NCBI RefSeq assembly: GCF_006345805.1
Contig: NC_042999.1
Span: 81,344,001-81,408,000 of the forward strand
Source of the DNA: Octopus sinensis
Lineage: Eukaryota
Direction of reading: 5' to 3'
DNA length: 64,000 bases
The position numbers and the translations under genes are program-made. Below the pieces are notes generated by a model. That model was not told the DNA's origin. It did no database searches and saw only the letters and a list, made by a program, of their open reading frames with translations. How positions within the stretch are numbered: position 1 is the first letter of the stretch; each line of letters opens with the position of its first letter. Below are positions 26,546 to 39,150 of the stretch, one piece after another.

Positions 26546-27600
26546 ATAGAAAGAGAAGAGAGAGAGAGAGAGTGAGCGATCGCATACTACATTGTTTGCT
26601 AGACACATTGCTTTGCAATTACTACGACACCTGATGTGCGATACATCATGCACCTATGCAGACAATTTTCAATTGTCAGTGGGTGTACGATAATGTAGAG
26701 CATTTGATCACTATAGACAAATAATTTGTGTTGGTTGTTCAGTTAGACATGTCAGACCCGTCTTTCCTGGTACTAAAGTCAACCACCATATTGAATGTAT
26801 ATGTACATCTGCATTTATACATTCATGTACGCAACACATAACAAGCTTGTGGTCTCATATATCAAGGGTTTTCCTGAGTGGAGAGCTACCTCTGAAATTT
26901 CTCAGAGGCCTTCGTAGGTCGGGCTGCTAATTCACCATCTAGCATCGCAAAATAACTAATTTACACAATGTATAGCATTTCCGTTCTTTGTTTCTACTGG
27001 ATGTATTTAAAATGTATGACTCTAATAGAAGAGACTATAAATTGCTTTTATACAATATATAGGTTTAATTCATAAAAATGTTGGGCCAAATTAATGAGCT
27101 GGTAAAACTCCATCTATTACAGAGGAATATATTCAACAAATACCAAAGTTTTAATTTAAAATGTAAGTAAAGCACGTTCTTCTATAAGCTTAATAAGAAA
27201 TGTAGCTCCTGACATCAATATTTTCCACTGCTTAAAATTTTCACCGATTTCTTAGAAAAATGTTTCAAAATACATTAAATTAAGGAGTGAATTGAACTAA
27301 AATATTACTTATTATTTATTCGTCGACGCAACTTAGACGTCATCCAACCTGGATCTGGATAACAGATTATTTGTTGCATGTAATCATCCTACCTGCTTGT
27401 CTTTCTCTTTCTCTTTCTCTTTCTCTCCCTCTCTCTGTGTCTGTCTGTCTCTGTCTCTCTCTCTCTCTCACTACATCCTTACATAAAAACACGCAAAATA
27501 CACACAGACATATATACACACATAGATATATACATATTGGTGATGTATGTATGTGTATATGTGTGCATATCTATTCAATCACACACATATATATCCATGT

Positions 27601-27660
<60 letters not shown>

Positions 27661-28299
27661 GTATATATCTACATAATTTGGAAAGCACTGTGTATTAAGC
27701 AACAATATTTTATCTTACATTACATACACACCAATATTTTATATTAAAATGTCACAATAGTTCTCGATGATCTCATGTTGTTCTAAAGAAAATATTCGCA
27801 CAGTTAACATATGTGGATAGATAATGGAATGTTTATATACAGCTGACAATATATATGTTTGTGGCAGAAACCAGGCTCTAACGTATATTTTCAAATGTTT
27901 CATGCACCATTGTCGGAGGGGAACATCATGCTTCAAAATACTTTAAAAAGTATTCTAAACATTAAAAATATTCTACCACAGTTTCATAGGCTACTCGTAG
28001 ATAGATGGTGTCATAGCATTTCATTTTCTTAATAATTATTCTGGAAACCTTGCAAGGGAGGTTTGGCTTTGTGTATGTATGTGTACGTGTGTGGTGTGTG
28101 CGTATGTGTTTGTTTGTGCGTGCGCGAGTACATATGTGTGGGAGCGCGTGCGTGTGTTTGTGTGTGTGTGATGAAATATAGATTGGAACGGGCAGTCGAG
28201 AGTGAAGAAATTCTACAATTATAAGTTACTTCTTCCACTGACATCCTTTCGGACACAGACAGTGATATGAACTGGCATCGTCTAGTAATATAAGAAATA

Positions 28300-29500
28300 T
28301 CTCAATAATAATATAGTTATCCTTTAATTCCTTGAATGTTTTCCTAAGATAGATGCTCCAAATTTCCTCTCATTCGTTAATTCATTTGACCATTTTCTCA
28401 AAATTTTCTGTGTTATCTCAGAAAGCACCATTCCCTTTCAAGGTCAAAATATCATTTTCCGCCATCTTGTCCATAGTCTCGCAAACATTGACTTCTATAA
28501 AATCAACGACAATCAGCCCTAGTTTGATTTTGTTCCTCTCAATACTCCTATAAAAATGAACCATCTATTATTGTCTTTTCTTCTGTTTCCACAACCTCTG
28601 TCACCCTCAACAAGATTTTGAGACATAACTCCTCATTCAAGCTGCACAAAATTGCTTTTCTTACCTTTTACCAGCATTTCACGCTAAGCTGCCCTGAATT
28701 GCTATTCTGTTCTTTTCCCCGCACTCAACCACCCATATTCGTCCACTATCTCTTACTGCGCATATTTAGTTCGTTCAATGATCTTACGAACGACACCCTC
28801 ATTCATTATAACTCCTTCCATTATTCAAGCGCTCTCGTAGCCCATGTGAGTTAATGGTGCATTCATTCCATCCATCTATTTTTCTATTTTCTTTTGGATC
28901 CTCTTTTAGTTTTCGGCCCTGTTGTTATACGTAGACTTTTAGTATCAACATCGATTCCCTTGAATGACCCAATTACCATAACGTCCACATTTCTCCCACC
29001 CATCATTTCCAGTAAGGGATCGGTAAGAGAGGTTGCAGGGGATGTAAACAAAAAACGGGTTTTGCGGCACATTCGGTGGTCACGGTACTTGATTCCACGC
29101 AAAAAATCCGAAGTTTTCATTGTCTTCCTTAGTGAATCGCATGCGGGTGTACTTCGCAAGATTTACCGAAGTTTGTACTTGGGACGGGGGAGGAGAAAAC
29201 GTAGTTGGAATGACAAGAGGAAGAAAATAGAAAACAATACTTTTGGTGGGCTTAAGTGTAGGTGGTATACAATGAAATATTTTCAGGTGATCGGAGGCTT
29301 TTAAAGCAGTGATACAATTAGGAAATAAGAAACAGTATGTTTGTGATCAAGACGTTGTAATATCCTGGTGAGGGAGTTTGTGGTGGTACAACTAGATATA
29401 AGGGCCTGGGAAAAGGAGGTGCAGGTTCTGCTCAAACAACCTCTAAAATTTTTCAGAGGTGCTAACTCGAAATGTGTATCCACTTCATACTCGGTCTAGT
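28300..29500 (-). mobile_element. Very decayed non-LTR fragment (possibly L1/Tx1-like)
   Basis: Purine-rich minus strand with broken protein-like frames; no diagnostic motif recognised. Confidence 0.25.
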
Positions 29501-29899
29501 TTAGAAAATAGTGTCTAAAAATTGATCTGTATTGCTTGAAAGTTAGGTTTGTACTCAAGACAAGAACACAGGACAAAAATAAATAAATAAAAAACTCAGA
29601 ATGTTTACTGATGAAGCTGGTCATAAAATCCCTAAGAGAATTGCCTAGGAAAATTTACAATTGAACTAACAGCATGACAAGCAGTATGGCCACTCCTCAA
29701 AACTAGCACAGTTGATCACCAATTAAACTGCAGAATGAAAAGACCTTCAATGTCCAGCTATCTACATTATTCATTTTCTCTGAATATTACAACTGACCTA
29801 TCATCAACATCATCATCATCATCATCATTGCCATAATATTCTACTGTTGCAACCATAACCACTACTACTATCACACCTTTTTTCTCACCACTGTCCACT

Positions 29900-31290
29900 T
29901 CGCCCACAAGAGGTAATAACACTTTGGACCTGCTCTTTACCAGCACTCCTGCAACTGTTATCTGTGTTACGACGAAAGAACCTCTAGGCGACTCCCAGTC
30001 TATCTCTTATAGGCAGAAGCAAGAAGCACCACCACCTTCAAGCCACTCACTTTGACTGGAAGAAAGTAGACTGGAACTGTTACCGAAAGGAGTTAAGATG
30101 CTCAAACTTGTTTGAATTTTATGATTCAGGGGACGTCAGTACTGTATTTCCAAATATTCTCAATGCAATCTGGGCTGCATGTGAAGCTTCAGTACCGTGC
30201 AAGCGCTCTAGAAATAAAAACAGTGCAATTTGAGAGACTACAGCAATTCGACTTACCAAGAAAGTGCGAGGCTGAACAGAAATACAGACAGCATAAAACA
30301 GACGAGAACAGAAGACGCAACAGATCAACCGACCGTCTCAAGCAAGCCAAAAATGGCAGTGCTTGAGTTTGAACGACGTATAGCAACTAGCCCTGACAGC
30401 AAAGTGTTCTGGAAATATGTACGTTCGAACAGACCTCACGCCTCAGTTAGCCCTCTTTGCAATCCCCACACAGGTCGGATCACCGATGACCCCAAGGAAT
30501 GTGCTGAGCTTATTGCTGAATGCTATGCTGGGATTTTTACTGCTGAAAATCCCAGTTTACCTTCTTCATCAACTCTGACATAAAATTCCGTAGCAACTGT
30601 GAAATTCACACCCGCAATATGCGTAACTATACTTCTTCTTGTCCTAATGGCTTTAATTATGTGCGTTTCAAACGTGGTGGGTTCTTTCTGTTGTACCAGC
30701 TTTCTTCCAATTTTTTTAATTCTGCCTTAGCAAATGTGTCACTCCAGAGAAGTGGGAAATTGCCAGTGTCGTTCCTCTGTTCAAGAAAGGTCAGCCGTAC
30801 TAGTTGCATCGTCAAACTGACGGAGTCCTGTGTCAGAAAAACATTAGAACTTTTGGAGCTCTCACAGCTTTATTCGACTCTCACAATTTCAGCATCGAGT
30901 TTCTTAGGGACATCACTCGAGCTAATAAGATAACTTCTGGTGTACCACAGGGGTCTGTTCATGGACCCGAAATGTCTTTTGCTTATATTAATGATATAGG
31001 TGGCAATTTGAGGACCGTTACAGTGCTGAAATATGCAGATGACACCAAGGTTTACCTCGAAATAAAAAAGAACAGATCCTGTGCGCTATAGATCTTACCT
31101 GCAATGACATCTGGATACAATGCAGCCACGGATCTCTGACTGGCAACTCACGCTAGCTGTGGAAAAATGCGTCACCATGCATTCTGGGTGGAAAAATCCA
31201 CACTTTACATACTCTCTCAGCAACACCAATCTCAGAGGTCTTCTAGCGGACGAGATCTGGGCATTATTGTAAACAACTCCGCAAAATTGG
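29900..31290 (+). mobile_element. Decayed CR1/L2-group LINE ORF2
   Basis: NTLDLLFT, SKVFWKYVRS, SGVPQGSVHGP..YINDI, LKYADDTKVY, RDLGIIV; many frameshifts and deletions. Confidence 0.85.
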
Positions 31291-32494
31291 CAAAGTCTGG
31301 GTTAAAATGTGGTTTCCTTCTATATTTAAATTTACCTCGTCGTAAAAAAGAAACCTCTCTTGCTTCTGCGTAAGTATTACTCTGGTTTCCCATTTCAAAG
31401 TGATAAGATTTACATTGCACTCTTCCTAAAAATGCATTGGATTTTCAATCAGAATCTTTACGAACTCTTTTATCATTGGATTTGAAATGTCCTTACGTGA
31501 CACGTCGATTTGTAAAAGTTCTATTATTAAATTATTTTATCCCAAGCTTACAGTGAATTAAATGCACTAAATATCAGAATAAAGAGTTAATATAATATTG
31601 TCAATCCAGACAAAATGCTTTACAAGCTCTCTTTTAATACAAATACACAACGCAAACAGAAATATTAATATGAGTAAAGAAATCCATTTAATACTAAGTT
31701 CAGGTCCGAGGTTGCAGTCCATCACCCGTCAAGTTTGTAAATCCATGGCAATGTATGTATGTATGTATGTATGTATGTATGTATGTATGTATGTATGTAT
31801 GTATGTATGTATGTATGTGTATGTATACACACATATATATATATATATATATGTATACACACACACATATGTATATGCATGTATGTATGCGTGTATATAT
31901 GTATGTGTGTATCCATGTATCTGCGAGAATTATAGTGACTGCCCTATAAGTGCTTAGAAATCTGATATACATGCAGGAATGAGGTTTATTATACTGTATG
32001 TATATTTTACTTTGTTTTATATTCATTCAGCGTCTTTACAGATCTCAAAATTATCCAGTTGTTGCATTATATATGTGGCAAGAAGATGTATTGAAAATCA
32101 GCTGATGACATCAGTAACCATGCAAAAGTTAATTAATTTGTATTTCTCTGTGTCTCCCTTGCCTGACTGGACAGGAATTATCATTAAAGCTAATGATTAT
32201 TCTCTTCATCATGCGTGTAATTTTAATTAATGTTTTCTTTTTTTTCCTGTCTTTCTTTCGCTCATTACATTATATATGTGATTTGGCACGTAACTAATAT
32301 AAATAATGTCTGACATATTTCAAAGTCGAAGCATCTTTTGGTCGATCGACCTGATAAAATTAGCAACTAAATCCATCCGAATTTATACAATAACCACCTT
32401 AAATTAAGAAGTTAGATAATGTTTCTACACACACACACACACACAAACAAACACACACACACACACACACAAATACACGCGCACACACACACAC

Positions 32495-32580
<86 letters not shown>

Positions 32581-32847
32581 AATATTTGTGATTAAGACAG
32601 GATAAGCAAGGCTGAAATTATTTCGATGTAGGTTTCATATGCAGGTGTAATCTTGGGCTGAAAAATAAAATATATTTGGAACTTCGAGACTGGACAACGG
32701 AGCTGAAGAACTAATGCATGAGGAAATTAGATGAAATACAAATATTTGAAAATAAGTTTCGAGATCTGAAAAATTTAAGGGAATAATAGAGTATTACACA
32801 CACACTCACATACTCACACAGAGAAACGCACACACATATATGTATGC

Positions 32848-32897
<50 letters not shown>

Positions 32898-34687
32898 TAT
32901 ATATATATAGTGTGTGTATATATATTCAGGCCCGCCCAAAATTTTCTGTTATCTATGCATGCGCAAACACACTAAGTACCTTCATTGTGATGTAAAACGG
33001 AAAGCAAACGATACGCAAGTAAATCAAACACACAAACCATCATATTGGTTATAAATAATGAAATAAATACATACAAAATAAGCGCTCAAATATAAAAAAT
33101 GGAATGGAGAATATATATATATACATATGCTCGCCCACATGTGTATGTGTGTGCATGTGTATGCATGTGTATGTGTGTGTGTGTGTTTGTGTGTGTGTTT
33201 GTGTGTGTGTGAGTGTGTGTGTGTGTGTATAAAAGTAAGATACAACGATGAAGATGTAGCAAGTTATAAGGCTTCGAACAGTTTGTAGAAGTTATAAAAG
33301 AAAACTTCCAGGGAAAATAGCGGTTTACTTACGTAGAATGTCGTAAATGTTTTCCATATAGAAGTTGGAGTTATAATTCACAGTTAGCATTAAGGGTTGC
33401 TGTGTTTGCGAATAAAAATCCAAATTTAAGGAATGGACTAGAAAAATGCAGGCTACATACGTTTCAAAGCTAGCAAAACTCAGTAGTAGTAGTAATTATC
33501 CAAACGAGGGGCCTGACGAGTAGTTACCGGATTACACCATGTTGGTGTCGTTAATACTTTTGATATTTGATAGCTTTCAAACATATGTAGACTCGATTTT
33601 ACCTACTCCATTCCCTAAATTTGTATATATATATATATATATACATATATAAAATATTATATTATATTTAGTCTTGTCTGTGTGTATGCGTGTATGTCTA
33701 TGTGTGTGTGTGTCATAGATAGGTATGTAGGAAAGAAATGCGATGGCAAAAGTATAAACGATCATCTGTTAAACTCCATCATATCTTACAGCCGTTTCTG
33801 GTACGAGACGCAGTGGACTTATAGTCAAATACGCGAGTGACACCTTATAGCTTCATCGGAGCCTCAAACTACTTGTATACATATCTTTCTATTTTGTTTT
33901 TGGTTTGAACGATGACTTTAATATCGTTCCATTAGGCAATATGTTCTCCAGTAGCCTATAACACATTTGAAAATTATTGCTCAGTTATGTTGTACGTCAC
34001 TCATTTTAAATATCAACTGTAATGCTAAACGCTGTTTCACATTATTATTCGATTTCTTATTCAGCGTTACAGGCCTCTCTACAAGATAACTTTAATTTCC
34101 TGTCATCGAAATATATAAATCTTTTATATTTTTTTCAAATGGTCACGTAGGAATGCAACATTTCAAACAATAGTGCAAGATATTACAGGGCCATTGAAAG
34201 TATTATGTATATTCTAATTATACAGATTTTGTTTCATTAAGTATCTACATGTTCTGGAGGAGAAAGCTTATAAATTTTAATTTTTCTTATTCTTTGTTTT
34301 CGAAAAATAAAAACATATTGTTTAACGAAATATACAGAAATTACATGCACTCTGTAAGATTCAACATATAATTTTTATATCAATCCATTCAGACTTATGT
34401 TCAAGTGTTTAACTGTAATAACATAATAATATATTGTAATATTTCATGATTTTATGATTTGTAAATTCAAGCCCAAATATCATATGCTTCCATATTTTAT
34501 GACATATAATAACAGTTCATAGTTTTTCCTTCTTCATAAATTTCGTTTGTCGAGACAACATTTTCGTAATCATATTTGATTAAATTATTTGTGTCACCCT
34601 AAATTCCAGAGTCATAACATATTACCTCCTTGTTCTTCCGAGGAGAAACTAAATCTTATAAATTTGTGAGCAATGAAGTTTGACTTT

Positions 34688-34923
34688 GATTATTTACGTT
34701 ATTTACATCGCTTACATTATTTACATTTGACGGATATTTGTCCTCATCTTGATTGTTGTTAACACAATGTTTCGGCTGATATACCTTCCAGCCTTCATCA
34801 GGTGTCTTGGAGAAATTTCGAACCTTTGTTCTCATTCCTAATGTACTTTTCGATGTTATTATTATTATTGTTGTTGTTGTTGTTATTATTATTATTATTA
34901 TTATTATAATTATTATTATTATT
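34688..34923 (-). mobile_element. Family C SINE-like element, inverted partial copy with HHR
   Basis: Reverse complement of 35570-35790; HHR motif at 34761-34806 with intact CTGATGA and GAAA. Confidence 0.85.
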
Positions 34924-35490
34924 GCCTTTGAACAGCTTCTAATGTACGTCAGTGTCAGCCTTTCACTACCAGTGAACTAAGGTAACACCTCTTATTTTTC
35001 GCGCACCTTCCGGAGTTTTCGAGCGGTTCCAAGCAGTGCTGTTTTCTGCAAGTGCTCCACCCTTATTGCAGCCCCTATTTGTTCCACGTACTTCTCGAGA
35101 CTTTTGCTTACTATTGCCAGGGCTCCGAAAATTATTGGTACTACTGCTATCTTTTTCATCGACCACAACTGCTAACCTATCATATCTCTCGACTTTTCTT
35201 TCTTCCTTATCGTATACCTTGTTGTCAGCTGGGCATGCTATGTCTATGATCCAGCATAGTTTGTTTTCTTTCTGAATTAAGACTGTGTCAGGTTTCCTAT
35301 ACTCTATCTCATGGACGCACTGAATCATAAAATCCCATAGGATCTTTGACTTTCTGTTTTCAACGACGCCTTCAGGTTTGTGGTCGTACTAACCTTTTGC
35401 TCTGTCAAGTACGTACTTGTTGCAAAGTGCACAATGGACAAGTCTGCCTATATTGTCGTGGCGTCTCTTATATTCTTTCTGGGCTAGTGG
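34924..35490 (-). mobile_element. R4/Dong 5'-truncated 3' end inserted at (AAT)n
   Basis: PLAQKEYKRRHDNIGRLVHCALC (CCHC region), LWDFMIQC, RKPDTVLI, IIDIACPAD..KEERKVERY (restriction-like endonuclease); 3' end abuts (ATT)n. Confidence 0.9.
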
Positions 35491-35495
35491 GCCAC

Positions 35496-35566
35496 GGGCA
35501 TGTGGCGTAGTGTTTAAGAGCGCTGGTTACTAACTCTAAGATTCCGAGTTCGATTCCAGGCAGTGA

Positions 35567-35633
<67 letters not shown>

Positions 35634-35828
35634 CACATCAACAGCATCGAAAAATACCTTAGGAATGAGAACCCAGGTTCGAAATTTCTCCAAGACACCT
35701 GATGAAGGCTGGAGGGTATATCAGCCGAAACGTTGTGTTAACAACAAACAAAATGAGGACAAATATCCGTTGAATGTAAATAATGTAAATAATATACATA
35801 ATTCTTCATCTCTTTAATATTGAACTGT
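35496..35828 (+). mobile_element. Family C SINE-like element, apparently full length: tRNA head + (AAT)n + hammerhead + AT-rich tail
   Basis: A box TGGCGTAGTGT 35503-35513, B box GAGTTCGATTCC 35546-35557, (AAT)n 35571-35632, HHR 35694-35739. Confidence 0.85.
35694..35739 (+). ncRNA. Minimal type I hammerhead ribozyme motif
   Basis: Stem I GACAC/GUGUU; CUGAUGA + extra A; stem II GGCUG/CAGCC; GAAA; palindromic AACGUU in place of stem III. Confidence 0.75.
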
Positions 35829-36879
35829 TAAAATTTCATATTTCTTACTTTGACTGTGTAGTTCTTGAGCAGACTTGGTCATAGTCTATACAGTAATCAC
35901 CATTCATGAAGTTTAGAAATATATTCAGGATCATATTAACAAAAGATAAAAATATTCTAATTCTTTTTTTACACGAGTAAATAGTAAGACATTGTATTGT
36001 GCGATGGAATATAGACATGGTGGTTAGAGGCTTTCAAGACGTAATAATCACAATATATTTCCATATATAGTGTAACATTAACACTACTCGATTCCGTGTT
36101 TCTTTGTTTACTGAAGGCTCCCGGGATTCTTTTGCGTAAGATTTTCTGCTGTTTCTAGTAATTTGAGTGACAACATAGAGTTGCTTTTCGTTGTCGATAG
36201 AGAATGACCAGTCCTACATTTAATTTGTAATTGACAATCTATGTCAATATTTCTTGAGACCGCCAGTAAACTTACCTATCGGTTAAAATAGCACTCATAG
36301 CAACGAAGAAAATTTACTACATCCTAAAACGCCATACTGAACTTTGATTCTTGTTACGGTTTGTAATTGTGTACCACTCTTTCTCCACGTTAGATTCATT
36401 CAATTTAACATAGGTTTTATATGTCTACAATGCATAATGCATAGACTTCTCACAAGTATATTGAGCGTTTTGCATATTACAAGTTTAAATAATGAAATTA
36501 AACTTTGGTTGCATATGAATCTTTATCAATCATGTATAGATGTAAGAAATTGAAATGTGCTCCTACTATCCACGACATATTATACGGTACCATTATTCAT
36601 TCCATATGTATAATAATTCATAAGTAATTTCTAAACTTCTTGAGGCCAGTTTAATGTTCTGCCCCTCCGTGTTCAAAATCGAATCGCTTATTGAAACAGT
36701 TGAATAAATATTTCACTATTCTTCTATCTTTAATGTCATATTCAATATCAGCTTAGCTGAAATACATTCTTCATCAACAACTGTAACAAATAGCATAGTG
36801 AATATCACGAAAGTGATCACTCTCTCTCTCACAAACTCTCACTCTTACACTTTCTCTCCATCGTATACGCCGCCATTGC

Positions 36880-37460
36880 CAACATCCCCATCAAGCTTCT
36901 TCTGCTCAGCAGTTTGGATACTATGAATCACCACTTCGATCATCCGTGTGCTGCCCTTATAACATTCAATGCATTTTACGTCTCTCCAATTCTTGAATAT
37001 AATCCATCTACGTAATTATTGGTTTTCACCTTACTCTATTCCCATTTATTTTGCTGTCTATTAACAATCTCTGTAAACAAAGTTTTTTTCTAATTAACTG
37101 CCAAAAGTATTTTAGTTTCCTTCCTTTGATGGTGTCTAATAAAATATTCTTGGCTGTGTGTTCTTAGTTGCGTCATTCTCAATGTTTCAATATTTGTTAT
37201 GTGTTCTGTCCAAAAGCCTTATAATCTATTTCGTTATACTTTTGTTAATATCCAGATGAAGCTCCATATAGTTAAGTGGCACATACATAATATTTCAGTA
37301 AACATTTTACAAGGTTTGATATTGATGTTTCTTGATGTGAGAGTGTGAGACTTTTTTTCAGTTGACACTCTAGCTATCTCTGTCCTCCGTTTGATTTCTA
37401 TCTGCAAACAACGCATTAATTCTTTCCAGTTGATGTTGGAATATGGAGCCAACAGAACTG
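36880..37460 (-). mobile_element. Decayed RTE-clade LINE 3' fragment
   Basis: EIKRRTEIAR..LTSRNINIK and WTEHITN resemble RTE C-terminal motifs. Confidence 0.7.
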
Positions 37461-37782
37461 TATTTAAGTGGATATATAAAAGCTCTGCATTTTGTTACCA
37501 TTTAGTAGCAAACCATAATTTTATGTTCATTAGCTATGAAACATCTATAGAGCTTACATACGTTAACATTTGGAATAGATGTGATATATAATATCAGACG
37601 AGAGTATCCATCTAATCCTTGTATGGAACACCACTCAGATGCAAGCGTAACAAAATAACGCCATAATGAAATCTAATGTATTGCGTACTCTTCAATATTC
37701 AACTGCGGCACGCGTTAAGGCGTTTCGTATTTTATAATATTTGTTCTAAAATTAAAATCTAAACTATATATAATGATAGAGA

Positions 37783-39150
37783 CTACTTATATGCACTAAA
37801 AGTATGTTTTTGCCATTGCTTACATCTGTATGCTCGTTCTATAACCGTGTTTAGTAGAGTATTTTTAGAAAAAATAATGAAAAATAGCTCAGAATTGCAG
37901 AGAAGACAGAATTTCTTGCCTTTGTCATATGGTATCGAAATTGAGAGGATCAACCATTCCAAGTGAAATTGTTCATTGTGGTCTTTTAAATTCCAAATCA
38001 GTTTGCTGAGACCGGTACTATTCCGTTTATTTCTATCCGTAAATGTTGAGTAATGGATAGAAATTCTCTTAGATAACTCTAACGATGTGCTTCCAATGTA
38101 AAATCGTACTTTATTACGAGTACTGATTATACACTGGTATATAGAATTTTTAATCTTAGAGTTACTTGACATAAATTTAATTCTATTGGGATTGACTTCA
38201 GATACAATAACCTTGTTATTAATATTTCTAGAGGGTTGGATGGTAGTAGCTAAATTAATGTTAGTATTAGTAAATGTATTAATATTTAACAGTTTGTTAT
38301 TATGAGAAGATATAATTTGCAAGAGATTTTTTGTGTTTGAAAAACCTATCCTAACCTTATGTGAATTAATTATAGAGTAATATCTAGAATTATTTGGAAA
38401 ATTCCTAGCAATAGCTTGACGAAACAGCAGTGGGAGATTAGATTTAATTTGTCTCCCGTAAGGAATTATTAACCAAATATTTTTACTAGTATTCATAGCG
38501 TAATTACTTTTGAAGGTGTTATATTTACTTTTAGATCGGTAATAGGGGAATAAATAAGGGTTATCTGCCTTCATTCGCTTTGTATCGGTGCGTAAGTTAT
38601 GTTTGTTATCAATAATTCTTTTACGACTAGAAATCTTATCTACATTATTGAATTTACAATTAGACTGAGCAGAATCAATGTAGAAATTTTTTTCTGTATA
38701 ACCTGCTTTGATTAAGGCAGAGTTATAGAATTCAGCGTTATTATTGAAAATATCAACATTAGCAGATAATTTAAATAATCTAAATGAAATATTCTTAACT
38801 AAATTCTTAGTAATTGCCCCAGGATGATTACTAAATTTGCTAATGTATTTAAGATTGGTCAACGGTTTATGATATGGGAAGTAAGAGTCACTGTGTAAAT
38901 TAAGCGTAATATCTAAAAAGTTGGCCTTCGTCAGATCGTCATCAAAAACGATTTTTAAGCCCATTCTACTGAAAAACTTAACTAAACTATTCTTAACTGT
39001 TTGTACCTTTTGGTTAGAAACATTTTGGAGGTAGAGTAAACAATCATCACGATATAGACCTCCATAAATGTTAGGGAACTCTTCAGCCATTTCAAAAAGA
39101 ATATATATACAGACCAAATCAGCTATCTGTGCTGAATCAGAACTTCCCAT
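37783..39150 (-). CDS. PLE polyprotein C-terminal part (RT core + GIY-YIG endonuclease), 455 aa open
   Basis: MGSSDSAQIADL, GGLYRDD, NFLDITL, PYHKP, SNHP; SIYQC...FYIGST..LSKRISIH; FCLLCNSE; LLN. Confidence 0.9.
   Translation of the reverse strand: MGSSDSAQIADLVCIYILFEMAEEFPNIYGGLYRDDCLLYLQNVSNQKVQTVKNSLVKFFSRMGLKIVFDDDLTKANFLDITLNLHSDSYFPYHKPLTNLKYISKFSNHPGAITKNLVKNISFRLFKLSANVDIFNNNAEFYNSALIKAGYTEKNFYIDSAQSNCKFNNVDKISSRKRIIDNKHNLRTDTKRMKADNPYLFPYYRSKSKYNTFKSNYAMNTSKNIWLIIPYGRQIKSNLPLLFRQAIARNFPNNSRYYSIINSHKVRIGFSNTKNLLQIISSHNNKLLNINTFTNTNINLATTIQPSRNINNKVIVSEVNPNRIKFMSSNSKIKNSIYQCIISTRNKVRFYIGSTSLELSKRISIHYSTFTDRNKRNSTGLSKLIWNLKDHNEQFHLEWLILSISIPYDKGKKFCLLCNSELFFIIFSKNTLLNTVIERAYRCKQWQKHTFSAYK

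Noticed and set aside
35496-35570. Functional tRNA gene
   Set aside because: The acceptor stem does not close and the sequence continues into a dispersed repeat; it is a SINE head. The same applies to 9430-9501.
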